A DNA stretch of 64,000 nt from Ophelia neglecta (taxonomy: Eukaryota), in the NCBI GenBank assembly GCA_965285935.1, contig OZ260667.1:22320001-22384000 (forward strand), written 5' to 3'. Positions within the stretch are counted from its first letter, which is position 1. Each line of letters starts with the position of its first letter. The position numbers and the translations under genes are program-made. Shown in pieces: positions 54,201-64,000 of the stretch. Under the pieces are notes generated by a model that worked only from the letters and a program-made list of their open reading frames with translations, made no database searches and had not been told where the DNA came from.

Positions 54201-57200
54201 AGCTTGTGCCTGAGATCTCCGTAATTCCGCCTGAGATAATAAACAGGTATTGATTTAGCATTTTAGCCTTTACGTGACAGGGAATATACCATTCTCAAGT
54301 TCACATCATAGCACTGCAGTTAACGCCGACTCTGCGGCCTAGTTCCTACTTGTAAATGATATAATTATAGTACAAGTAATATGGATTTTTTTGTCCAACT
54401 GATACAATGTAATATTGTTAATAGTAATGAAGTGCAGCACTTTATTTTTTACAGGCAAAACTTACCCGCTGTTCTTTTGTGCCTTTGTCACCTATTTTAA
54501 TTTCCAGGTTCCTGGCTTTACTTTCGGCTTCTTTGGCTCTATTATTTGCTGAAATAAAAATGGTGTTCAACTATCAAACATTCCCACACTGGAAGGAAAT
54601 ACTCGTTACCATATTTCTGCGTGCATTACCCAAATTGATAATATGCACCTAAATATTCACTCAAATAAGGCCAGATCCTGCACATGGAAAATTATATCTC
54701 TAAACTTATTGGTAGAAATAAATTGAGTATACCAGGCACTTTTTAATCTTGTTGTGATCTATTGACAAGACACTGTATTATTGCCCATCAACATAATTTT
54801 GGCTTATCTGACCACTAGAAAAATTGAGAAAGTTTAGTATCTGTCAATTATCCATGGTCAAAAGTATATGTAATTTTAGCATAAAAAATGCAGATCAAAC
54901 ACAGAATTACAGTACTTAATTTGTATAAATGTCTGTTACATCAGCTAGCTTGGTTTTCTAAAAAATCTTTTCAAGATGGATTGAGAAGGCCCAATGATTT
55001 CTGCTGACCAATTCTTTTTGAAATACAGACTTCTCTTAAGGACATACATTAAGATCTTTTAAATTCTCACCAATTCTAGATTCTTCCTCCGCCTTTTTCA
55101 CCTCATTTTCAGATCTAGTCTTGAACCTGCCTGATGAATATTTGTACATTCGAGGTTTGAAGAGGCAGCTAGCAAGACGCTTAGTCCGAACCTACATGGA
55201 TAAATAATGTACAAAGTTAGACAATCAATGTTCTATATACTTATTAGTTTAAAAAAATTGCCACACATTGTGAGTAATATTCAGATACAATTAGGATTCA
55301 ATGTACATGTAGATCCCTTTGCATTGATTAGATCACAACATTAAAGACAGACAAATTACAAATAAAGTCAACCAAAGAGGACCACAGCCCAAGTATCAAG
55401 TAGTAATGGATAGTAGTAACTTAAGAAATTTATGAAACTTAAAAAAAAAATGATGTAGGCACAAAATCACAAGCCTGAAAGGCAGCCTTTCATTGTTCAT
55501 TGTTCATTGTCTTAACACAACAGGGTGTAACAGCAACAGAGTGCTCTACATTGGCTTCTGTTTTTCAACAGTGATAATCATACGGATTGTGAGAAAAAAG
55601 GTCACCTTTTTCCCTTGTATGTAGATTCTCATTCTTGGGTCGACATACAGAATAGATGCATACGCTCTGAAGGACTTTCTCTCAGGCATCAACCTGCAAA
55701 CAGATACATATTGTTAATGTTTGTTAACAATTCAAGGCAAAGGGTGCTGTCTTGATATTGTAGATACATTGGTAGTTAGCCAAAATCTTCAGATTAATTC
55801 TGAAATTACAGAAGGAAACAGGAAAATTCGATTAGCCTGTTCTGGTACTTAAAGAAGCGTACAATTCATTAATTAAGGAATTGTCGCAATAAATTAAAGT
55901 CCAATAGAATGATTTTAAAAATAAATTACGTCACACACTCATACCAAATATAAGCTACTACAACACATACAAATAAAAATCATAGGGCAGCAGGCTTTGA
56001 AGCTAATTTCAGAATACTAGAATTGAGTCTAGTTAAAACATGGCCAGTCTAGTAAACTTCATGGTCAACTTGTCCAATAGTATATGGGAAGCATAGGCCA
56101 AATCTCAATAAAGGATGTCTCAGTCTAGTAAAGGAAAAGGTTAGCTTCAAAGCCTGGGGTAGTTATGCTAAATTAAATGACAACTTGTCAAGGTTAAAAC
56201 AGGTAACTGCATCATGAGAAAGGGAGGTAAGCAAATAAATATACATCAAAAAATATAAAGCTGCAAGGTGTGTCATGCATGCGCCAGATTTTGATGCTTC
56301 TAAAAGATAATCATAAGAAAGTGGGTCATATAATGGGGAATTTTTTTTTAACTCTGCTTAATTTTTTTTCATTTGAGAAGGTTACAAGTCAGCTTGATAA
56401 AAGAGGGGATTAATACCAAAAGTAAGCACCATATTGCTAAACAAAAGCTATGATAAAACCACAATTTACCATAGATTTTGCAATTCCCAGTACTGTAAAC
56501 AGACAAATGTTCACGGTTTTTTAAATTAGCATTTTCGTGCCATTGATCATTTCCCTAAGTTCAAGTTCGCAAACCAAAGGTCTAGAGGGATCCCGCGTTT
56601 AATCAAAACAAGGGCGAATATTATTGTTTTTCCATTCACACAACGCCAATTGAACTGCTTCGAATAATTTGTCGTTTTACAGTAAAAAGCAGCAAACCGA
56701 TTAGAAAAGCGAATATGGATTGTGAATCAGGGAGGCTTCAAATGATGAAGAGAGGTCATGGAATGAAACAAAGTGTAATGTACGCTGCTGCACAACTGGA
56801 TAATAATTAATTAATATACATTAAAAACTAAGCTGGCTGAAGGTGGAAATAACAGACAGCTGATAGGCAGTGTGGAGATGATCACTGGGAGAAACGGATG
56901 CATGGCGGGGGTTGATTGGCCACTGTCATAACCTTCATTTTGATGTTCTACTATACACTAGACCTGGTAACAACAGACAGTGTTAGGTAGTCAGGACAGG
57001 TGCCAGCTTTATACAGGTTGGTGTCAAGTCAAAAGTGAGAAAAGGCACTGGTGGCATTTATTGGGGTTCTCTTCTTAATAATTTACCCTTCTTCAGCATC
57101 CCAGTTAGGCGGCCAATTGTTGCTGACAAGATATTTAGATTGATACTTATCGACCTAATCTATCCCTAAATAGCCTACTATAGTCATTATCTCATTTTAT

Positions 57201-60200
57201 TTCTCATAAATGTCCAACAAAATGTGAATGATATGATGAAAATGAACCAAAATGGGCCTGACAAAAATACTCAGAACAAATGAAGATGTCAATGTGCAGC
57301 ATTGTAAGAAAATGTTGGAACAATATTAACCTACTTAAGATGTACAAAGAACATGCTAGGCCAACTGAATTTAATAAAATTTCACATTCTGCAATTTGCC
57401 AAGCTTGATACAAGAACTATACAATTTACCTTGGTCCTGGCTGGTTCCTAAAGAAAGCAGTAAAGATTGGTAATTATATTTTCTGCTCTGCTACTATACT
57501 ACTCTGATCTGACTCACACCAACTATCAGCCATACCATTCTTACAGTTAGTAAATGAAAATGGGTAGGATTTATGCCTTAGTATATACTACTCACTGGCT
57601 AAGCCTTCAACACAAAGTTACAAATAATATGAAGGTAAAATGAAGGACTTGTCTACCCCTTTCTCAGTGTTGCCAAAAAACATGCTGGAGGTTTCTACGA
57701 AAGTGTAAAGGGGCTGTATGATTGACGGGATTGTCTATTAAACAACTGGGGGAAAGGGGCCACATAAAAGTCCCAGGAGTTCAAAAGCATTTTACAGTGT
57801 GGTTGCCAAGGACATGACAAGTTGAAACTGTGGTTCAAGTCGGCACGTTCAGAAAGCTAGGGGGGTGGGGGGGGGGGGGGTGGATGGGACAACACACATG
57901 GACCATTTATTATCAAACACCTTCTTTAACAAAATGTGTTAGCATTTTTAGTGACAACGTCAAGTTTTGTCAACTATAAATTACCTTGCCCCCTTATAAT
58001 TTCCTTCTATGAAGTGTCACAAGTTGAGTTGCTACAGCAACTGCCAGAATATTTCACAGGTAGCTTATCATATGAGTAGTATATATATTAGTGGCATTCT
58101 TGCCTGTATAGTTGGGATAGCCTATTGTGATTTAATAGTTAAATGTGTTGCAAATAGTATTAATGGTGTAAAGGGATTTAATTCCTTGAGATGAGAAGTA
58201 TATAGTTAATTTCCTGTTTATTTTTATTTATTTCCTCCTTTAACTATAGTCAGTTTCTATCTGTATTTGTCTTCTATTTTATTTTGTCCATTGTTTTGTA
58301 GCGAATTTATTGGTGCTGCATGCTGATTAATCGTGTGTGTGTCAAGGGCATAGCCGGGGGAAACTCGGATAGGTGTGCAGATATACATCCCAGATTCAAC
58401 TTCTTATGGCCTTACTGCAGTGATCTATTATGGGTATAACGGGAAAATTCCATATACACTGAAACCTGTGAATTAAGACCAACCAAGTGACTGAAAAATA
58501 CTGGTCTGATTTCAGAGGTTGTCTGTTTAGAAAGGTTATTTTCCACTTAAAGTATACATCATGGTCATCATTTTAGTGATCTGAATTTGCAGATGGTCTT
58601 ATTATAGAGGTGGTCTTTAAGGCAGGTTTCACTGTACATGTACTAGAAAAGCATGGAAGCTGGGTCCTGATTCTGGAAGCAGTTTTAAGTCAGATTAATA
58701 TCAGGAATGAAGGGCTTAATCAGGCTCAATTTGCTTATGATGGCTTCTGGAAGCTGGACGTGGTTCTAAGCCTATCCATTTTGGTCTGGAACTTACTCCT
58801 TGTCAATGGAAACACCAAATAACTCATTCTAAGCTCAAAGGCTAATCTAATCCTTATACTGTTTCTAGAAAGCAGGCCCTGGTGAATACTGAACCTGTCT
58901 ATTTAGAACAGGGTTGGGTCAGTCAGTCTGGATAAAACTTAGGAAATTCCTGTATTTTACCTTCAAAAGTAGCTGATACTTTGGCAAATCTAGCACTTTG
59001 ACCAAAGTGCTTATTTCACAGTTATAAATACAGAAGACACACAGAACATCATGCATAAATATTTATAAATCAGTTAATGCATTTCAAAACATTTTCATTT
59101 TCTTTGCATGGGGTTTTAGAATCATGGTTAAATATTGATACATATTTATTAACACATATTGTTGACATTAACTTATTTGGCAGTATTTTTCTGCAAGGGT
59201 CTGCCAATTGGACAATGGGACTAGTCTACCAGACATAAGTTCCCTTTTTAACTGATTAAAAAACATCAGATTGTCTTAATGTCCTGTAGAAGGGGACTTG
59301 TGGGAGAAATTAACTGTTTTAATGAAAACAAAATTGTGTTATTATGTCATAACAAACTCTCCTGACAATGTAACTTCTGAATTCATCACCTACAAATAAC
59401 TGAACTCAGAAACCCAAATAAAATCAAATGGCTGGATAAACAAGTCATTTCATTTTATGCTGAGGTGATCATGTCTAAGCTAAGCAAAATGTTACTATTA
59501 AATGCATGTAGGAGTGAAATAAGCCACGTTGTGAATGCATGAATAAACATTTACACACATTTTGTGAATGTGAAAATGATGCAGTAGAAAAAAGTGATAA
59601 AAATTAAATTCTTTTAGTCACACCATAAAATATGGTAAATTATGAACTTTTTCAACCATCAAATGCATTCATGTGGCTTGCTTATTTTATCACAAATAAC
59701 AAAGTATCAATATTTTTCATCTTCATTTAGTTGAATAAAATATTTGCAAATGAACATAGAAACTTAAATCAATGTAATACAAATTTAAAAGAAACATATC
59801 ATAGATTACTTGCCAGGCGGCATAAAAAAAAACAAAAGTTTAATATGGAAACTTTAACCTTTACTCCTCTCAAGTTACTATCAGTCGAACTGAGAATTCT
59901 AACTTACCCCTCATCGGAGTCAAAGTCTCCGCCTTCTGGATTGGAGAGAAGTATATCATAGGCATCTGTCTTGACGTCCAACTCTGATATACCAGAGTCC
60001 AACAGCTTCAAGTTGTAGACTGTCACCAGTGTACCTACAATAGAGTTAAAGCCCTGAGTTATACTTTTACTCTATTTTCTACTGCTGCTTTCACCTTGCT
60101 TTCAGTGTCTCTACCAGAAGTAAAATAAACACATAATGTTATAACTATCACAAAAGTGTTAATGTTTAAAGTTAAGAAATTGGTTTAGCCCCGTCATCCT

Positions 60201-63200
60201 ACCACTTAATGTTCCATCATTACCCCTACCCCCTCCCCCATCACATTTAAGCTTTTCAATCCCCCCCCCCACCCACCCACCCACCCTCTGGGACATTTTT
60301 AAATGTAATAACCCCTATAAAGTTCTTCAACAAAGATCTCCTGCTTTTTATTTTGACAGAAAAAAATAAAAGTAGAATATTATCCTCCTTATTTCAAGAA
60401 ACCAAACTTTTAGGGTCGAAAAAAATCAATAAAATCTACTAGCAACATATCTTATAACAAAATAAAATTTGAAACAATACATAAATCATCCCAATGACTG
60501 ACCTGAATTTCCTTCTATCTTGTCAAATTCTTTCATAAATTGTGCTTCTGTTTTAAAAGGTGAATACTTCAGAATCAGAGACATCTCAATCTGGTGCTGA
60601 AAATGAGGAAGGCAAAAAATCAAAAAACTTGTGAAGAATGCATCGAACATCATCATTGAACTAAAGGGAAACATCAAATTAATGTCAGAAGTTGATAACA
60701 GGTCACTTCCATCAGTTAATTATTGATGTCAGCTGCTAATCATTCTAATTAGTAGTAGTACACACAAACATACACACACCCACCCAATTAGATACCAGTA
60801 AAATTCTACTAGAATGGGTTCTACAACAATAACTTCAGGATTTACATTATTAATGACTACAATATTTCATCAGTGAGACTATAAACGATTTCCCAGAATC
60901 ATAGGTTTAACACACACTTACTGGGCTAGAACTTATATTAATAATGAAAAATGATATGAAAAATAATATTTATTTTATCATATAAAGTGCACTGTGAAGT
61001 GATGTGAAGTTTATTTATAACATATCATGTATCATATATATACAGGCATCACTCTAAAGAGGGCATTGAGCCCACTGTCACAAGTAGGCACTGTGGCGAT
61101 ACGACCGATAAGTGTTGAAAGCCACATAAAACCCCAAACAACAACAACAACAACATATCATATACATAGAAATACATACTTTCAGTCATATATTGAAAAA
61201 CAATACATAAAAGTCAAAGGAGAATAATATGGAAGCTCCAAGGAGCTTACTGCATCCCCCATGGTGGGTAATTATGAACCATAATTTACATATATGGTAT
61301 ACAAGGTATCTGTGTTATCAGATACTATATTCATCCACAACCAAATACCTGTATCATATGGTATTTTGAGCTGGGTATCGAGATACGTGTGGGATCATGA
61401 AAAATTGTTTCGTTACACCCCTAGTAACATATAAATTTAATATTAGATTTTGCTACAATTCAAGTTAAACTTAAAGCTTTAAAAATTCAACACATTCTGA
61501 CAAATTCATGTTTACTGTTAGTTATTAAATTTTAGACAAACAACCCAACCTGACAATACAAAACATCTGCAAATTCAGGACAAAAATCATCCCTAAAGTG
61601 TCCCTTATTTCAAGGTTTCATTTACGTCCCCAAAAGTGAAAAAAGTCACAAGGGGCATACAAAAAGGAAGGTGCCTGAATATCTACAATTTTTCTTTTGC
61701 TTTTTAAATACAGAGCACCTATATGCAATATTTACCCGCTCTTTTTCTCTTGGTGAACGTGTGATTGGTTTCTTTGTTTGGGAGTCAAAAGAAGGCATAG
61801 GCACCACAATCTGAAATAAACCACAATGTGGAACAGAGAGGTCATGAATAATACACAAATTCTTGCTTCGCAGCTTAAATGCTATTCAAATCATTTTTAT
61901 TGGCAAAGGGGTATCACCTTTTCATCAAAATGATGAATATTTTTATTGTTATGACATATCTGTGAATAGCAGGTTAAAAGTCATACCACATTTGGATTCG
62001 CATACAGATGAATACTGTTTAAAAATTCTCAAAGTAATGAAAAAGTAAGGCCCTATCACTGAAAATCCAAAATTTGAAGCCAAATGTTCATAAATATTTA
62101 TTTCAATTAAATTTGGTTTGAGTATTTTGACAGATATCTGAATCAACTTTTCAGTTTCGAATCATACCTCGTCAATACCTTCTTCTTCATGAAAAGTCCG
62201 ACTGAGAAATACACAGGTCATTGTTGGACCTTTCTTGGTGAATAGAATGAAGTCGTTACCAATGCGCATTGAGCCTCTGTAGAGATACGAGATATATTAC
62301 TAAAGTTATTTTAACCAGTGGTTACAATTCACAGTCAGTATATGACATATCTATTTAATCTGTCTTAATCCAGAATGATACCATTCTATGACAAATTATT
62401 TGGTGCTTATTACTTGCAAGACATAGTTTATCTAACTTCAATATTCAAATAGATCCAATTAAAATGCTGTAAAAGTAAAACCATGTTTGCATGGTAAAAT
62501 TTAAGCTTTTACACAAAAAGACATTCTTCTTTTGATTATGTAGCAAAAAGTTATGTTAGACACTTATTTAATAGAGGGATCTATCTTTTTTTGTCTTAAA
62601 ATTCACAAATTTAACCTGCACAAACATTTTACCATTACATCATTTAGCATATTCCACAGTGTCCTCCAATAAGAAGTCAAAAATTTAATCTGTTTCAACA
62701 GAGTATTTTTCTTAAATATTTAAAAAAGCTGAAGCTCTAAGGCTACACAAATTAGTTGGTACATTGGACTTACGATTTCAGGCCGTTTCCGTACATGCCA
62801 ATCATCGAAGACTCCAGAGATTTCTTTGTAGATTTGCCAAAGGTGATAATGTCAGCAGCTTCATCTATCATTAACATCAACTTGTTGATTAAATATTGAT
62901 GTTAATTTTTCGAACTAACAAGAAATTAAAGGGCTTAATAAAAAGAAAGATGCACCGGGTCTCTCAGGGTGTTATTTTATTTTATTTTCCGCACTTTTTC
63001 CTTTCTTTAATAGTGGAAGATATAATTTATAGTCTTACAATCAATACTATATATTTAAAATATCACTTTTCAATATCCAGAAACGTGTTTAAAGATAAAA
63101 CACTTTCTACTGGCAGTGAAGTAATTTGCCACTTGTTAGACTCAGACATACAACCTACCCTTCAAAGGTTATTTGTGTGGGTTATTTTTCTTACATTTAG

Positions 63201-63524
63201 ACTAAATAAAATGCAAAAAGTAAGAAATGTAAATTGGAAAATAGATTAAAATATTTTATTTTATGACTGAGTATTATATGAGTATTTAAATAGGACCACA
63301 GGTAAAAACATGCCTGGTGACATTCCTTCCCCATCATCCAAGAAGGATAGAAGATATCCTCCCCTTTCCGCTTCATCAGGAACTGAAATTAATAAATAAA
63401 TATTGATAGCATGGATATTTAAACAAAAATAAAGGAACAGAGCAATATCAGATATAAGCTCACAAAATAATAACTTATAAATATCTTACCTGAATATATG
63501 TTGATTTTAGTTGCAGAAGCATCC
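18110..63524 (-). CDS. MORC2: MORC family CW-type zinc finger ATPase (MORC2-like); 27 exons in window, first ~40 aa off-window
   Basis: complement(join(18110..18211,23229..23345,29923..30055,31118..31254,32708..32744,40923..41012,49235..49356,50123..50284,50971..51114,51545..51601,52050..52112,52278..52410,52649..52754,52977..53080,53224..53383,53843..54003,54145..54230,54466..54548,55071..55191,55606..55693,59908..60034,60503..60596,61736..61810,62168..62276,62774..62864,63314..63382,63490..63524)); 2806 nt with an open frame throughout. Diagnostic motifs: [59 protein letters not shown]...[15 protein letters not shown]. Confidence 0.95.
23229..23345 (-). CDS. MORC2: MORC2 exon (C-terminal coiled coil)
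   Basis: [39 protein letters not shown]. Confidence 0.9.
26793..29223. repeat. 47-bp minisatellite, about 52 copies, intronic
   Basis: Unit ggggtgatatgYctccccctgcccaccgtgccccagcctctcacact repeated head-to-tail with few variant positions and no spacers. Confidence 0.97.
29923..30055 (-). CDS. MORC2: MORC2 exon (C-terminal domain)
   Basis: [44 protein letters not shown]. Confidence 0.93.
31118..31254 (-). CDS. MORC2: MORC2 exon
   Basis: [46 protein letters not shown]. Confidence 0.82.
32708..32744 (-). CDS. MORC2: MORC2 small exon (end of chromo/Tudor-like domain)
   Basis: 37 nt, ttccag/gtaagt; [12 protein letters not shown] (compare human SEDVRLMK). Confidence 0.85.
40923..41012 (-). CDS. 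MORC2: MORC2 exon (chromo/Tudor-like domain)
   Basis: 90 nt, phase 2/2; [30 protein letters not shown] (compare human WKVKFD...DRW). Confidence 0.88.
41925..43198. repeat. 27-bp minisatellite with interspersed 15-bp subunits, intronic
   Basis: Unit gaggcttgctgtaggagggtcagggga; truncated unit gaggcttgctgaagg. Confidence 0.95.
47415..48030. repeat. 30-bp minisatellite with 21-bp deletion units and higher-order structure
   Basis: Unit aatatcacaagccaatcctaccctgaatag; the short unit lacks 9 nt. Confidence 0.93.
49235..49356 (-). CDS. MORC2: MORC2 exon (start of chromo/Tudor-like domain)
   Basis: [41 protein letters not shown]. Confidence 0.85.
49645..50150. repeat. degenerate ~39-bp tandem repeat (about 12 units) overlapping a MORC2 exon end
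   Basis: Recurrent core ttttaggtgRgctctatgagacaagaggttcatacag. Confidence 0.8.
50123..50284 (-). CDS. MORC2: MORC2 exon (linker; donor position uncertain)
   Basis: [54 protein letters not shown]; the phase-0 donor act|gtagga lies inside the first unit of a degenerate repeat. Confidence 0.65.
50971..51114 (-). CDS. MORC2: MORC2 exon (acidic / NLS-like linker)
   Basis: 144 nt, phase 0/0; [48 protein letters not shown]. Confidence 0.8.
51545..51601 (-). CDS. MORC2: MORC2 exon (disordered linker)
   Basis: 57 nt, phase 0/0, ttttcag/gtact; [19 protein letters not shown]. Confidence 0.7.
52050..52112 (-). CDS. MORC2: MORC2 exon (disordered linker)
   Basis: 63 nt, phase 0/0, tgcag/gtaac; [21 protein letters not shown]. 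Confidence 0.75.
52278..52410 (-). CDS. MORC2: MORC2 exon (end of CW, coiled coil)
   Basis: [44 protein letters not shown]. Confidence 0.94.
52649..52754 (-). CDS. MORC2: MORC2 exon (CW zinc finger)
   Basis: [36 protein letters not shown]. Confidence 0.96.
52977..53080 (-). CDS. MORC2: MORC2 exon (start of CW finger)
   Basis: [34 protein letters not shown]. Confidence 0.95.
53224..53383 (-). CDS. MORC2: MORC2 exon (S5/transducer)
   Basis: [54 protein letters not shown]. Confidence 0.96.
53843..54003 (-). CDS. MORC2: MORC2 exon (S5/transducer)
   Basis: [53 protein letters not shown]. Confidence 0.96.
54145..54230 (-). CDS. MORC2: MORC2 exon (coiled coil 1)
   Basis: [29 protein letters not shown]. 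Confidence 0.93.
54466..54548 (-). CDS. MORC2: MORC2 exon (coiled coil 1)
   Basis: [28 protein letters not shown]. Confidence 0.93.
55071..55191 (-). CDS. MORC2: MORC2 exon (start of coiled coil 1)
   Basis: [40 protein letters not shown]. Confidence 0.95.
55606..55693 (-). CDS. MORC2: MORC2 exon
   Basis: [29 protein letters not shown]. Confidence 0.95.
55991..56156. mobile_element. MITE with perfect 16-bp TIRs
   Basis: caggctttgaagctaa ... ttagcttcaaagcctg; flanks gggcag / gggtag (possible 6-bp TSD with one mismatch). Confidence 0.75.
56491..56684. mobile_element. MITE with TACTGTAAA...TTTACAGTA termini
   Basis: tactgtaaacagacaaat versus the reverse complement of the right end, tactgtaaaacgacaaat; locally CpG-richer than its flanks. 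Confidence 0.65.
58457..58634. mobile_element. Tc1/mariner(pogo)-type MITE with TA target-site duplication
   Basis: TA|cactgaaacctg...aagacca ... tggtcttt...caggtttcactg|TA, with internal repeats of the agRtggtct motif. Confidence 0.75.
59908..60034 (-). CDS. MORC2: MORC2 exon
   Basis: [43 protein letters not shown]. Confidence 0.93.
60503..60596 (-). CDS. MORC2: MORC2 exon
   Basis: [31 protein letters not shown]. Confidence 0.93.
61300..61423. mobile_element. possible hAT-type MITE remnant (right end only)
   Basis: Ends in tcgttacaccccta (reverse complement TAGGGGTGTAACGA, a hAT-like terminus) preceded by gtatc/gatac subterminal motifs; left end not recognisable. Confidence 0.3.
61736..61810 (-). 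CDS. MORC2: MORC2 exon
   Basis: [25 protein letters not shown]. Confidence 0.92.
62168..62276 (-). CDS. MORC2: MORC2 exon
   Basis: [36 protein letters not shown]. Confidence 0.95.
62774..62864 (-). CDS. MORC2: MORC2 exon (GHKL ATP lid)
   Basis: [31 protein letters not shown]. Confidence 0.95.
63314..63382 (-). CDS. MORC2: MORC2 exon (GHKL DxGxGM motif), GC donor
   Basis: 69 nt, [23 protein letters not shown]; donor CAG|GCATGT. Confidence 0.9.
63490..63524 (-). CDS. MORC2: MORC2 exon (GHKL)
   Basis: 35 nt, [11 protein letters not shown]; cag/gtaag. Confidence 0.9.
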
Positions 63525-64000
63525 CTGAAATTGATGGAAAGGAATTATTTCCCAGCAGTCAATCTACTAGTATGTCATTAGAATTAATTGTTAGTCTACT
63601 TGCACTAAATAAATAAGTTTTTTTCTCAATAAGGTTTAAAAGAATTCATATGTTCCTGGCAGCCTAACCTTTCCCTTAGAAAACAGGGCGAACACTAATT
63701 AAGTTTGCTTTCAATGTAAGACTTGAACTTGGCCTGATAAAATTAGCCTCCATTATACTGTCCACAGACGTGGCAATCCAGACAATTCTGCACAACATAC
63801 AGATTAAATTCCCTTATAAAGGTTCTCCTATGGTTGCAGCATAATTTTGTGCTATAAAAACCATATCAATTTGAATGTCTCGGCTGAAACCTTTGACTAG
63901 CCCCGACTGTCTAAACTAAAGTAGGCCTGCCGGCCAGCCACATTGTTGGCTCACGCTAGCACAATCAATACAGGGAACAAGTGGTTTGTGAGCATGGGTA

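Noticed and set aside
1-64000. tRNA, rRNA, snRNA, transposase or reverse-transcriptase genes, or a prokaryote-style defence system around the MORC ATPase
   Set aside because: No recognisable sequence for any of these by eye. The MORC gene is an ordinary intron-rich animal gene. tRNAscan-SE and Infernal/Rfam would be needed to exclude small RNAs formally.

Overview
AT-rich, intron-rich animal genomic DNA, probably from an invertebrate bilaterian; the taxon cannot be determined from this window. It is not prokaryotic, and almost all of the six-frame ORF track is noise. Two spliced genes face each other tail-to-tail, and both lack their 5' end because it lies outside the window. (1) On the + strand, a T-box transcription factor with 7 exons (326-10661, about 495 codons) that best resembles the Tbx6/16 subfamily, with some Tbx4/5- and Tbx2/3-like residues. 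(2) On the - strand, a MORC2-type GHKL ATPase with 27 exons (63524 down to 18110, about 934 codons) encoding GHKL/S5, coiled coil, CW zinc finger, chromo/Tudor-like domain and C-terminal coiled coil. I hand-assembled all exons and checked every junction for phase. The MORC introns hold four tandem arrays (47, 27, 30/21 and about 39 bp units) and several MITE-like elements. The most interesting signals are: a genomic-regulatory-block-like layout, with MORC2 introns becoming very large and carrying CpG-rich islands mainly on the side facing the T-box gene; a degenerate satellite built from a MORC exon end plus its splice donor; a GC-AG intron; and CpG-decay evidence for mosaic methylation. I found no RNA gene, CRISPR array, transposase or novel multi-gene system.
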